Positions 38,171 to 49,061 of a stretch of DNA of 64,000 nucleotides are shown piece after piece. Source of the stretch: Rhynchopus sp. YZ270_cl-10 (lineage: Eukaryota); NCBI GenBank assembly GCA_964035575.1, contig OZ037840.1, positions 186,001 through 250,000 of the forward strand. The letters run 5' to 3'. Below the pieces are notes generated by a model. That model did no database searches and was not told where the DNA came from. It was given only the letters and a program-made list of their open reading frames with translations. Within the stretch, counting starts at the first letter, position 1. Each line of letters starts with the position of its first letter. A program made the translations under genes and the position numbers.

Positions 38171-41100
38171 CATACCTAGAAAGCGAATATGATATTCGGC
38201 CTATATTCGGATCCAAAATTCTTGGGCCATATTCGGCCTATATTCGGATCCGAATATCGTATTCGGATCCGAATATAGGCCGAATATGCATATTCGGCCT
38301 ATATTCGGATCCGAATACACAGAATCTAGACTGCAGAAAGGGTGTGAGTGAGTTTGGATGGGGGTGGGTGGGGACATGAGGTAGCGAAACGCGTGTATTG
38401 GGGGGTGGGTGTGGGGGTCTTTTGATGATCGGTGTCTTTGCAAAAACAAGAGAAGTTGAAAGCACAAAAAGCACTGTTGATGGAAAAGAGGCAATACAGA
38501 AAGTATCAAGGCTGTCCTTACAGACGCATGCCAAAGCGTCCGCCACGTGGGTGTGGACTTAAGATTGAAGTAGTAGTAGGAGTAGTGCAAACAAAGAGGG
38601 GTTTTTTTTTGTTTTTTTTTTTTGTTTGCTCATGAAAAAGCAGCTCGAGATGATACCAGCATTTAGAACACTGGTATCATCTCGAGCTCCTCGGCGAGAG
38701 GCTCACAGTCGGAATCTGACGATTCCGACTGCTCCACCGCCTCGCCGAGGAGCCCCTTCTTGTCCTGAAGCAATCCAAGGAGCTTGCCGTTCTTCCGCAG
38801 CATCAGCTTCTCAATAAACTTTTCCTTAGATAAATTCGAGGAGCGTTTATTTTTCATTGCACTTAAGGAAGAAAATAATCCATCAACTGAGGTTACGCTG
38901 ATCGGGGTTGAAAGCCATCCATGGACGTGTGGCGCTAAATTCGGGAAGCGTAACCCTCCACTGCCTCTTGGACTCCAGAACTCGAACAGGTCAGTAACAT
39001 CCTGAAACAAAAGGGCTTCGGCGTTGAGGTACAGGATGAATTCGTTCCACACGGTCGGTTCGCGCAAAGCATAGAAAATAGCACCCCATTTCTGCATCTC
39101 TGCGTCCTGACACTGTGGCTCCCCTGTCGGCAGGTCATCATCATCATAGTCCCCGGAGAGGATGACATTGCAGTCAAAGAATATTAACTTCTCAAACCGG
39201 TCTCTCGACTTGTACTCGGCCCATGCTGCTGATAAACACTCGCGCATATTCGCAGAGTAGTCGCTGTTGGTGAGTACCCTCTGAATCTCTGGAAACCACC
39301 AGCTCGCTGCAATTTTGGTGCCGGGATTTTGCACCTTTCTGAGGAATGGAAGAAGAGGTTCGATATCGTTTGCAAATGCCGACACTTCGCGTACATGATC
39401 CTGCCACCTGTCCGTTTTGACAAGTTCAACGAGGGAGAGGAGAGACTGGTTCTTTTTCTTTCTCCCCATTTCACTATCGAGGAAAGATACCAGGGGTTGA
39501 TGTCTGTCTCTAATGTGTATAGCAAGGTCGGCCATGGCTAACCACCGGGTGTCGCTGGTGAGTGATGGTGTCTTCGGCGATGCCGTATCAACATTCTCAA
39601 CGTCAACATCGATCGTTTCGCTCAACACCTCCTTTGCTTTGGCCAGAAGCTCTTCAATATCATCTATTTTCGGCCCCGGAAGCAAACGTTGCATGCCCCT
39701 GACACTTTTTTTCTCCACAGCGACTTTCAAACGAATCCTGGTGTCTTGTGTGTCCGCCGCCGACTCACGCGCGTTGCTGACAGAAGATTCCTGGAAATTG
39801 AGCCAGCGCACTCGTCGGCTTTTACAAGAGAAAAGCTGACTAAACGCTGTACAAAAAACATATGACAGCTGGTAGTTAATTTTTACGTGTGCTTTCAGTG
39901 CCGAATTTGTCACGTGGCCAAAACACCAACTGGCTTCCTCGTCAGACAACCCTACCACATTTATCGATCCATAATCAGCAACCACGGGAGAATGCGCGAT
40001 ATTAAATTTTTTTCGAGCTGTGTTGATAGCATCCTTCACATCTCGACCACAGTGGACTTCTCCAGTATCTTTTACGTCCATATGAATGAGGAGGGCTTGG
40101 CCTGCAACGAACGCTACAATGCACAATGTCGAAAAACCCAGGTGTCTCTGTCCTGCAATAAAAATTTTGGGATAGTGGTCATTTGTTTATTAGCATACCC
40201 GATCCATCTATCCCGAGAGGGATTGGTTTCCCTTCAACCAACTTCAGTAGCACACCCTCGATCTCCTTCACGAACTTCGTGGAGCGGCCCAGGACCGTTT
40301 TCCCGGTTGGGAAGTCCTCTCCGAAGAGGGGACGCACTGGCAGCGACATAATGTCGGCTTGGCGTTCTGTGAGTCCGCAGACCAGCACAGCCAATGCCCA
40401 TGTTGTGACAAACGCCGCCAACCCCATCACCGGCGTCAACACCTGCTGCCGCTTCTCCTTCGTGTCACCAACTGGAGCTGCAGCCTTCTTCTTCTTCTTC
40501 TTCTCCCTACGCTCATTATTTTTGTGGCGGTCGCTTTGGACGTGTACCTTGGCGGTACTACTTTCACCGTGTTGCACCACTCCACGGCAATGTACACAAA
40601 AAAGAACTGTGTCGTCTCCCTTTCGCCCTGTTTTCTTCGCTGCTGCCTTTTCCTCGAAGGGGAGCTCATCAACCTCCATTACCTGAGATTTTTTTGTTAT
40701 TTGTTACATTTTTTTTATTTTTTATTACTTTGTATTCACCCTAGTCACTTTAGCGCCGCCGTAGCAGTGTGGCCCCTCATTTTGTTCTATACTGACCGGT
40801 TTTTTAATACATTTTTAGCGATACATACTTCATAACACTCTGCAATTGATCGGTCGTACTTCTCCAGCGCGGTTAAACGACCCTGCGCGGTTACCGACGA
40901 TCCCGCCTTCGCCTCCGCCGACACCTCCTTCAGCTTCTTCCGAGACTCTATGGTCTCTTTGCGCTTCTCCGCCGGGGTCTTCTCTATCGCGCCGCCTTTC
41001 TTGGCTGGTGGCTTGCTTGCAGTCTTTGTAGAAGGCTTATTCGTTGCCTTCTTCGCTGATTTTTTCACTCTTTTCTTTGTTTGTGCCCTGGTGGAAGAGG

Positions 41101-41587
41101 AATCGCTCGCGTCCGTGTTGCTCGAGACAATGGTCGTCTCGTCGACCTTCCTCTTTCTGCTTTTTGGGCCCATTGATGATATTTTTTTTAGCGTTTAAAC
41201 TGATAAATTCCTGTTGATAGTGTAGGGGTGCACCGAAAAGAATTCACCGAAGCACGTCATATATTGTGCAAACCTAAACGCGATAATTTTCGGCGAAAAT
41301 TCATGGAAAGCCCGCGGGGCTTCGAAATACAAAAGTGACTTTCTTTCTTCTTTTTTTTTGGACTTTTTTTTCTCTTTTTTTCCCCTTCCCCCCCATTTTT
41401 GGATTTTCCGAGCCAATTGCGGAACGTGGTGGGGTCTATTTCAAAAATATGATACATTCCTGTTGGTGATACGTGTATTCGGGTCATATTCGGCCTATAT
41501 TCGCCTATATTCGGATCCGAATATAGGGCGAATACGCATATTCGGATCCGAATATAGGCCGAATATCATATTCGCTTTCTAGGTATG
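38171..41587. mobile_element. Putatively autonomous hAT-like DNA transposon E (3.4 kb, 6-bp TSD CCTAGG)
   Basis: 44-bp perfect TIR CATACCTAGAAAGCGAATATGATATTCGGCCTATATTCGGATCC; CCTAGG at 38165-38170 and 41588-41593; palindromic TATTCGGATCCGAATA subterminal repeats; intact transposase gene. Confidence 0.9.
38663..41173 (-). CDS. hAT-like transposase, 3 exons (41173-40829, 40682-40199, 40152-38663), 772 aa
   Basis: GT-AG introns at 40828-40683 and 40198-40153 join three ORFs in frame. Motifs: LFCVHC..HVQSDRH (CGGBP1-like ZnF), IDGS, ADYGS, CFGH, DTRW, FW..FPNLA..TPISVTSVDGLFS. Confidence 0.85.
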
Positions 41588-41589
41588 CC

Positions 41590-42779
41590 TAGGGGGTACG
41601 ACTCCAGCCATTTTTTGCGCACGGAAAATTCATTTGGCATTATCTGGTCATCTCCAAGGCAACTGCGGGTGAAAAACACCCTCAGAGTGGGTCACAGGGG
41701 GCCTGTGGGTCGAAAAACGACCCAGAAGCCACCCCAGAATACAAAAAAATGGAAAAAAATAGTGAAAAAACGGCTTTTTTCACGTTTTGGCCACTTTGGG
41801 CAAAATAGCGATTTTTCGAGAAAAAAATCAAAAACCGGGATATTTTTTGACATCACAAAGCCTCCTTTGGCACAAATATACCCCAAAAGTGGCCTGTGAG
41901 TCCATTCCAACCTGTTTTGGACATATTTGACACTTTTGGAAGTGTTTTTTTGGTGTTTTTAGGTCAAAAAAATGCCCAAGACGTCCCCAAGACATCCCAG
42001 ACACTTTGCACACCCCCTGTTACGGTCATATTTTTTTCGTTTTTTTGCCTGAAACCCCCAAAATACCCCTCCCGGACCCCACATAGTCCCGAATATCCAT
42101 CACACACCCACTCAGAGTGAGTAGAAGCACCCCAAAAAAAATATTTTTTAAAGCCCTAAAATTGTGCTTCAGTTTCGGCAGCATCCATGTTGAAGTTGAA
42201 GGGCTTTAAAAAATATTTTTTTTGGGGTGCTTCTACTCACTCTGAGTGGGTGTGTGATGGATATTCGGGACTATGTGGGGTCCGGGAGGGGTATTTTGGG
42301 GGTTTCAGGCAAAAAAACGAAAAAAATATGACCGTAACAGGGGGTGTGCAAAGTGTCTTGGGGATGTCTTGGGGACGTCTTGGGCATTTTTTTGACCTAA
42401 AAACACCAAAAAAACACTTCCAAAAGTGTCAAATATGTCCAAAACAGGTTGGAATGGACTCACAGGCCACTTTTGGGGTATATTTGTGCCAAAGGAGGCT
42501 TTGTGATGTCAAAAAATATCCCGGTTTTTGATTTTTTTCTCGAAAAATCGCTATTTTGCCCAAAGTGGCCAAAACGTGAAAAAAGCCGTTTTTTCACTAT
42601 TTTTTTCCATTTTTTTGTATTCTGGGGTGGCTTCTGGGTCGTTTTTCGACCCACAGGCCCCCTGTGACCCACTCTGAGGGTGTTTTTCACCCGCAGTTGC
42701 CTTGGAGATGGCCAGATAATGCCAAATGAATTTTCCGTGCGTTTGGTCCCAGCCAAAATGGCTGGAGTCGTATCCCCTA
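41590..42779. mobile_element. Foldback element F (~565-bp inverted arms)
   Basis: TAGGGG(G/A)TACGACTCCAGCCATTTT at both ends; near-perfect arms around a ~40-bp spacer near 42180. Exact ends and TSD are ambiguous because the flank is the palindrome CCCCTAGGGG. Confidence 0.88.
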
Positions 42780-43783
42780 GGGGGGGGGGGGGGGCCCCCC
42801 CCCCCCCCCCTTTCTCTTATCTCACTAATTGTCTACTCGGAATTTTTCACCAACTTTTTGTTGTAATGAACTCAGTAACATAACTCTGCGTTCATTCAAA
42901 AAAGAAATCGTATACAATAACAGAAAACTAATTATTGGGATATTAGGAAGCTTAGAAGTTAGCATCTGCCTGAGGGGGGACTATGGACACAGTCATATCC
43001 TTGGCACAAAAAAGTCGCCAAAGTACCAAAAAAATATAACTACCAAATCTGCAAAACTTATTTCGACGCCAATTTAGTTAGAAAACAATGTCAATAGGGA
43101 CTTAGGAGGAGGGCAGAGTTGCACTGCGTCAACTGATGAATATGTCAAATGCGGACTGGTGCCAACAGGCTGTGTCACGTATCAACATCTGGAGAAAAAT
43201 ACTCGCACCCTTTATGACCCTGAAGGCCCACACTTCTCAGTCATGCACACCTCGCGCACAACTCCAGTTGGTACCACAATAGGTCTTTGTAAGTAAAGGA
43301 AACAAAGGGGGAAAGGGAGAAAAATAAGTTGTGAGCGCAAACGCCTCACCGTACACCGGCGGAAGTAGGCACTGAAAACAAAGGGAAAAGAAGAACAGAG
43401 GAACATGATAAGAAGAGAACATTATTTCATATTTCACGCAAAAAAGCAGAAAAAGGGAAACTGATATGAAGCAAAATAACAAATTTTGAGCATATATTTC
43501 ACGCAAAAAAAGGGGGGGAGGGGAGAGGGGGGATACTCAGACGGCACACCTTATCCCGCAGAGTGTGGCAGAGATGAGACATCAGTAACTCTGGCCTGAC
43601 CAAGTGTTTTATTTTCGTATGACAATGTGACAACAGTCAGCCACCCTATAGATGGTCAGCACGCATGTTTTTGATCATCTGCTGATGCCACGCAAGCAGC
43701 AGCACTGTCCAGGTATCGCAAAACATTCCAAACAAAAGCCACTCCAAACGGACGAAGCTCAGCATCTGCCGCATAGAAATTTG

Positions 43784-45550
43784 CTACATGCTTTGCAAAA
43801 GTGATTTATCATCTAAGATAGAAGCCTTCACCTCTGATCCCCTGGCTCTCACAGGCAAGTACAGAACATCACAGCCCCCAGAAGACGCAACCACGTTCAC
43901 AGGTGTGTATGCTGGTCCCTTCCTCTCAGCTGCCGCAACATCTTCTGCAGAGCACTCTCCCCTCATGAAGCTGCGCACTGCCAAGTTGTAGTCCTCCCAG
44001 TCCTTCTTCCCGCCAACCACGTACATCCACTCGTCCACCACTGAGGCAGCCCTGGCTCCTTTTGGAACAACCAACTCAGCAACAACCTCCGCATCACAGC
44101 CGGCAGCAAGCTCGATCTTGCAGGGGATCAGACGCAGTTGGTGTTCGCACTCAGCATCGCTGAAGCAGAGGCGGTTGCACAGCACACTGCACCCCAACAC
44201 ACGGCCAGCACGTTCCAGCACGTTCACGTCATTCACCAGTGTGCCCACCATGCTGAAGCGGCGCATCACTTCACACCCCATGTCACCACGCAGCACCTTC
44301 CCAGTCGCAACTCCCATGTTCACGTGTGGTGCAATGTTGTTGTCATCACCACACAGCAACACTGTGGCAGCGTGCAGTGCTGAGGTTGCGTGTGACGCAC
44401 ATGTTTTCGACGTGTTGAACGAGCAGTGGATCCTGTCCCCAACAAAGACGTCCACCATCCCACGACGCACTTCTGTTGCCTGCAACGTCTTCAGAAGAAG
44501 AGTTGTGAACAGGTCGGAGAAGCGTGCACTGTCCTCCTCCAAGCGGTGCAACGTGTCTTTGATGTTCAGTGTCAGCAGTGTTGCCTTTGTTGAGGACAGA
44601 TCCAGTGGCTGCACATATGTCACCAGTAAAGCGGCCCTTGAGCTGTTCGGAGACATTGTTGTGTCGGAGTCACACTCTGAATCATCCTTCACAATCTCCT
44701 TGTCAAACGGCAGACACGTCTGCGGGAGGTATGCCTTGTACTTCCGCAGGTTCTCCTCTATACTCTGCAGTGCGTCCCTCATCCCCTCAGGCAGCGCAGC
44801 CTCGTGAACCTTCAGCATCTCCGCAACCCCCTCCACGTCGTACCCCGCAAGCAGCGACGCAATCTCCTGCACAGTGCTGATCGTCCGCTCCATTGTTGCC
44901 TGCTCCTTCAGGATCGCCCTTGCAAACCCTCGTGTTGCGATGAAGTCCCCAACAAACACCAGCACTGCACCCAAGGTCACAGTAACAGAAGGTATGGCAC
45001 ACGGCAGCGTATCACAGTTGGTCCTATCGTATGCAGCCGCCCTCCTCCCGAACTCACCATCCTGCGGCACAAGACCAGGTAGGTCGAAGATGCCAAACCT
45101 GAAGGACTCCTCCAGAGTCATGACAGCCAACCACACAAGCACAACAAACACCAACCCAGCAGTGTAGCCTGTGGGCACCCGCAACACGAGCAACATGTCC
45201 ACAACGAGCACGAGTGATGCCCAGTATGTATCACCGTTGCAGCGAGCAAGCAGATCGGCACAACATACCAAGAATGCAACCGAATAACAAACACCAACCA
45301 CGACAGGTGTCGTCAACTTCTTCTTGCACAAGATGTACACCATCGAGAACAGTGACGTGACCACCCCTCCTATCGAAGACCAGCGACGCAACCCGCCGTA
45401 TGCGTAGCTGGTGACCGAGAAGAACAACATAAATACAAGCCCTGTACAGTTGATCGCGAAGAACAGCTCACGCATCCTCCTCTCCTTTGCGTCAAGTGTG
45501 CCATCCAGCGTCAGTGCACTCTCAATACAACGTGGCCACTGCAGCTTCAT
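43784..45550 (-). CDS. 6-TM pseudo-cyclase, paralog 4 (588 aa)
   Basis: Same architecture; ATG at 45550. Confidence 0.85.
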   Translation of the reverse strand: MKLQWPRCIESALTLDGTLDAKERRMRELFFAINCTGLVFMLFFSVTSYAYGGLRRWSSIGGVVTSLFSMVYILCKKKLTTPVVVGVCYSVAFLVCCADLLARCNGDTYWASLVLVVDMLLVLRVPTGYTAGLVFVVLVWLAVMTLEESFRFGIFDLPGLVPQDGEFGRRAAAYDRTNCDTLPCAIPSVTVTLGAVLVFVGDFIATRGFARAILKEQATMERTISTVQEIASLLAGYDVEGVAEMLKVHEAALPEGMRDALQSIEENLRKYKAYLPQTCLPFDKEIVKDDSECDSDTTMSPNSSRAALLVTYVQPLDLSSTKATLLTLNIKDTLHRLEEDSARFSDLFTTLLLKTLQATEVRRGMVDVFVGDRIHCSFNTSKTCASHATSALHAATVLLCGDDNNIAPHVNMGVATGKVLRGDMGCEVMRRFSMVGTLVNDVNVLERAGRVLGCSVLCNRLCFSDAECEHQLRLIPCKIELAAGCDAEVVAELVVPKGARAASVVDEWMYVVGGKKDWEDYNLAVRSFMRGECSAEDVAAAERKGPAYTPVNVVASSGGCDVLYLPVRARGSEVKASILDDKSLLQSM

Positions 45551-47275
45551 TGCAACAACCCCAGCTGTCTGTGTCAAGAATGCGACAGCCGCTTGGTCGA
45601 CCTTTTCCCTTTCTGGTGTCCAAACTGTGTTTTACCTGAGGGTGCAGTGTGGTAAGGAAGATGAACATAAAGGCGGAGAATACACAACAGACGTTTTGTT
45701 GCTTTCACAATCACACCACTGAGGTGTGGGTTGTGTCCTCTCGTCGCCCAATCCCCCTGAGATGTGGCAGAGATCAACAGATTTCGATTCAAGAACCCAA
45801 CTAATGAAGAAATCAATACGGCCTGTTGCAGCGCTGGAAGACTGCTCTCAACCCTTACGCTTACGTTAGGATGCAGGGCAATTGGCATTGACATAAATGA
45901 TCGTTACATCACACTCATGACAATCGACGTATAAGACGCAGCAAGCATAGAAGAGCTAACGGCGAGTAGAAGGATTTGTTCCTGGATAAAGCCCGTGAAA
46001 GATGGACAGAAAGACAGTGAGTTCGTGGCACCTAAACAGGCGAAGGGATACATGTTGGGTGAAGGTCAGGGGGGCAGGCACCGATGGGTGCAGTCCTATG
46101 GTAGGGCTCTCTGCCTTTAGCAGAGGTTGACTGTTGGAGGAAAACCCCCTTTGCTGCTGGTAGGGAGGAGAGCATGCGACGAACAGACGTTTGGATGTGG
46201 CTCCAAAAAAGCTATAAAAAACCTCCCCATCTCCCACTCGTTTCTCTCGTTCAAACCCGCAAGCGAAGAGGGGGGAAACATGAAGGGGGGAGAGACCAAA
46301 TTGTGAGGACCAAATCCTAGTGGAAGCCCTGGGGGGAAAAGAAAGCCAGAAACGAAGTCAGAACAGGAAACAGATGCACCGTGTTGGGTGAAATGGGAGG
46401 CCAAAAAACAAAGTTGCGCCAGATTTGCAACATTTTAGTAAGGCCCAATATATTTTACTTAACACGACACTTTTGCATTCGCACAAAAGACACGATGAGA
46501 GGGTTACGCCAACACACACGCTACACAGGTATGGGGGCAGTGCGTTTGGCTGCCAAAGAACAGCTCGAGGTGGGGCTCATGACTCATGAAGGTTGCTGGA
46601 TATGTTCTGATGTACTGCAGAACTCCAAATATGTTTGGCACACAAAAAAGTCGCCACATTACCAAAAAATAAAATTGCCAAATCTGCAAAACTTATTTGG
46701 ACGCCACTTTAGTTAGAGTACTGCACTGTGCATCAGAAATCAACGTCAATAGGGACTTAGGAGGAGGGCAGAGTTGCACTGCGTCAACTGATGAAGACGT
46801 CAAATACGGACTGGTGCCAACAGGCTGTGTCACGTATCAACATCTCGAGGCAAATACTCGCACCCTTTATAACCCTGAAGGCCCACACTTCACAGTAACG
46901 CACACCTCGTGCACAATAACTCCAGTTGGTACCACAATAGGTCTTTGTTTAGTGAAGGAAAAAAAGGAAGAAAAAAATGAGTTGTGAGCGCAAACGCCTC
47001 ACCGTACACCGGCGGAAGTAGGCACTGAAAACAAAGGGAAAAGAAGAACAGAGGAAAATGATAAGAAGAGAACATTATTTTCTATTTCACGCAAAAAAAG
47101 GGGGGGAGGTAAAGTTGGGAATACTCAGACGGCACACCTTATCCCTCAGAGTGTGGCAGAGATGAGACATCAGTAACTCTGGCCTGACCAAGTGTTTTAT
47201 TTTTATGTGACAATGTGACAACAGTCAGCCGAGTTTCAACCATGTTCAGGAGAAATAAACCTGACTTTGCGATAG

Positions 47276-47812
47276 CATAGTACACCAGCTGATTTATACC
47301 CCACGTGTAGGTCCGTACCGGCATATACGGACCGTCCGTACACGCCTTAACGCGCCTCTACTCCTATGTTGCACGCGCACGCCGTACGTACGCGCACGCC
47401 GCGCGTGCGCCGTGCGCACTTTCTGAGAATTCGCTGCGCACGCGTGCGCACGGCAGTGCGCACGGCCCTTATACAACGTAGGAAGCTCCTATACGTTGCC
47501 CTTTGTTGTACTGTACCCTATGCGCAGGGGTTATCCCGGATTACAGCGCACTTCGAGAAAGCGGGGAAACGCGTCTCACCCTCCTCTCACAAAAACGGAA
47601 CACACACAGGTGGCTCGAGGAGTTGGGGAGCAGCACCGGAGGAGCAGCAGCAGAAGACATCCGCAAAGGGGGAAGATGTTGTCACCGGATGTGGAGAACA
47701 ATGACAACAAGCACTGCCGTGCGCACGCCGTGCGCACTTTCTCAGAATTCGCTGCGCACGCGTGCGCGCGCAGCATAGCTCTACGCGGGGTACAAATCAA
47801 GTGGGTACAGTG
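47276..47812. mobile_element. Degenerate MITE with GTGCGCAC subterminal repeats
   Basis: Imperfect TIR CATAGTACACCAGCTGATTTATACCCC vs (rc) CACTGTACCCACTTGATTTGTACCCC; no TSD found. Confidence 0.5.
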
Positions 47813-47940
47813 AGAAATGAAGTAACATGACATTGTGTAATAGTAACATAAGGAAACGACCTCGGTCGTCAACCCAAAACAGTGAAAACTTGGCACATTA
47901 CACTAACACAGGACACGGCGTCTTTGTCAATTATTATCTT

Positions 47941-48907
47941 CACGGTATGGTGGCGATCGCGCGCCATGAGACCGCGATCGCGCGCGATCTGGGGAAAATC
48001 GCGATCGCGCAAAAAATAGCGCGATCGCGTGCGATCGCGCGATCGCGCGACGGTGAACCCAACGTGCCTTCGCTGGCTATTGCCTCATAGGGAAAAGGAC
48101 TCTCAATTTTTATTTTTTTGCCCTATATAGGCCTAATTTCGACGATTTGAGGCCATTGAAAGCAAAATTTGGCACTTTTGAGCTTCTGTGGGGGTCTAAA
48201 ACGCGGTTTTCCGCAGCCGATTTTTCGTGGTTTTTACCAAAGACAAGTCGATTTTTGACCAATTTTTCACAAAAATGGTGTTACCGAGCACCTGTCGAGG
48301 ACATGTCAAGGACCTGTCAATATAGGGGGGGTGTGTCATTTTATAATTTGGTATACAGTGGGTTTTTTTCCCCACAGTACTGTACTGTGTACTGTGTACT
48401 TCAGATAGTTTTTGGACACACATGTGACCCACCGTGGAGAGCAATCGGCTCGCGCGCAATCAAAAGAAAGCAGAGAAAAGGAGGTGTTCTAGCTACTACT
48501 ATACACCGGTATGACCAAAATGACCGTATTTTGGCTGAAATTTCGACTTGACCATTTTTTTTCTCGATTTGGTCAATCTAAGGTTTTCTTGAACGGTACT
48601 TGCAAGCGATACTTCGTTATGTCATTGGGAGGGACCCTTGACTCTGGCACTCTGGGTGTACCTGTGTACCCCCAGTGCCAGAGTCAGGCGCAGGCCACCG
48701 TGTATCGCTCTTTGGTTTTTTTTGCCCACAAAAAAAAAATTTTCCTGCACAAAAAAAATTTTTTTCCCAGGGCGATTGCACGATCGCGGGCGATCGCGCG
48801 CGATCGCCACTTTTTCGTGTGTGCGATCGCGACAATTTTTGCGCGATCGCGCGATCGCGATCGCGTGCGATCGCGGTCTCATGGCGCGCGATCGCCACCA
48901 TACCGTG
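47941..48907. mobile_element. TIR element family I (6-bp TSD)
   Basis: 41-bp perfect TIR CACGGTATGGTGGCGATCGCGCGCCATGAGACCGCGATCGC; TSD TATCTT at 47935-47940 and 48908-48913; CGCGATCGCG repeats. Confidence 0.93.
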
Positions 48908-49061
48908 TATCTTGGGTTTTCATCCGCCAAAAAATGACTCTGATTGGTAAAAGGGAAAAAAAAGTCCTTTTTCGTTGATTGCTCATTTACCCCCTTGGAG
49001 GGGTGATTCGCAACTGTGGCGGACGAAGTATTTCGCTTTATAACTACAAAACAAAAACAAA

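Larger units (their letters stand above)
36262..42994. mobile_element. TIR element G (~0.4 kb core, 4-bp TSD ATAT) hosting D, E and F
   Basis: Inverted block CAGGCAGATGCTAACTT.TAAGCTTCCTAATATCCCAATAATTAG near both ends; ATAT at 36258-36261 and 42995-42998; empty sites CCAAATATGTTTGGCAC at ~32901 and ~46625. Confidence 0.8.
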
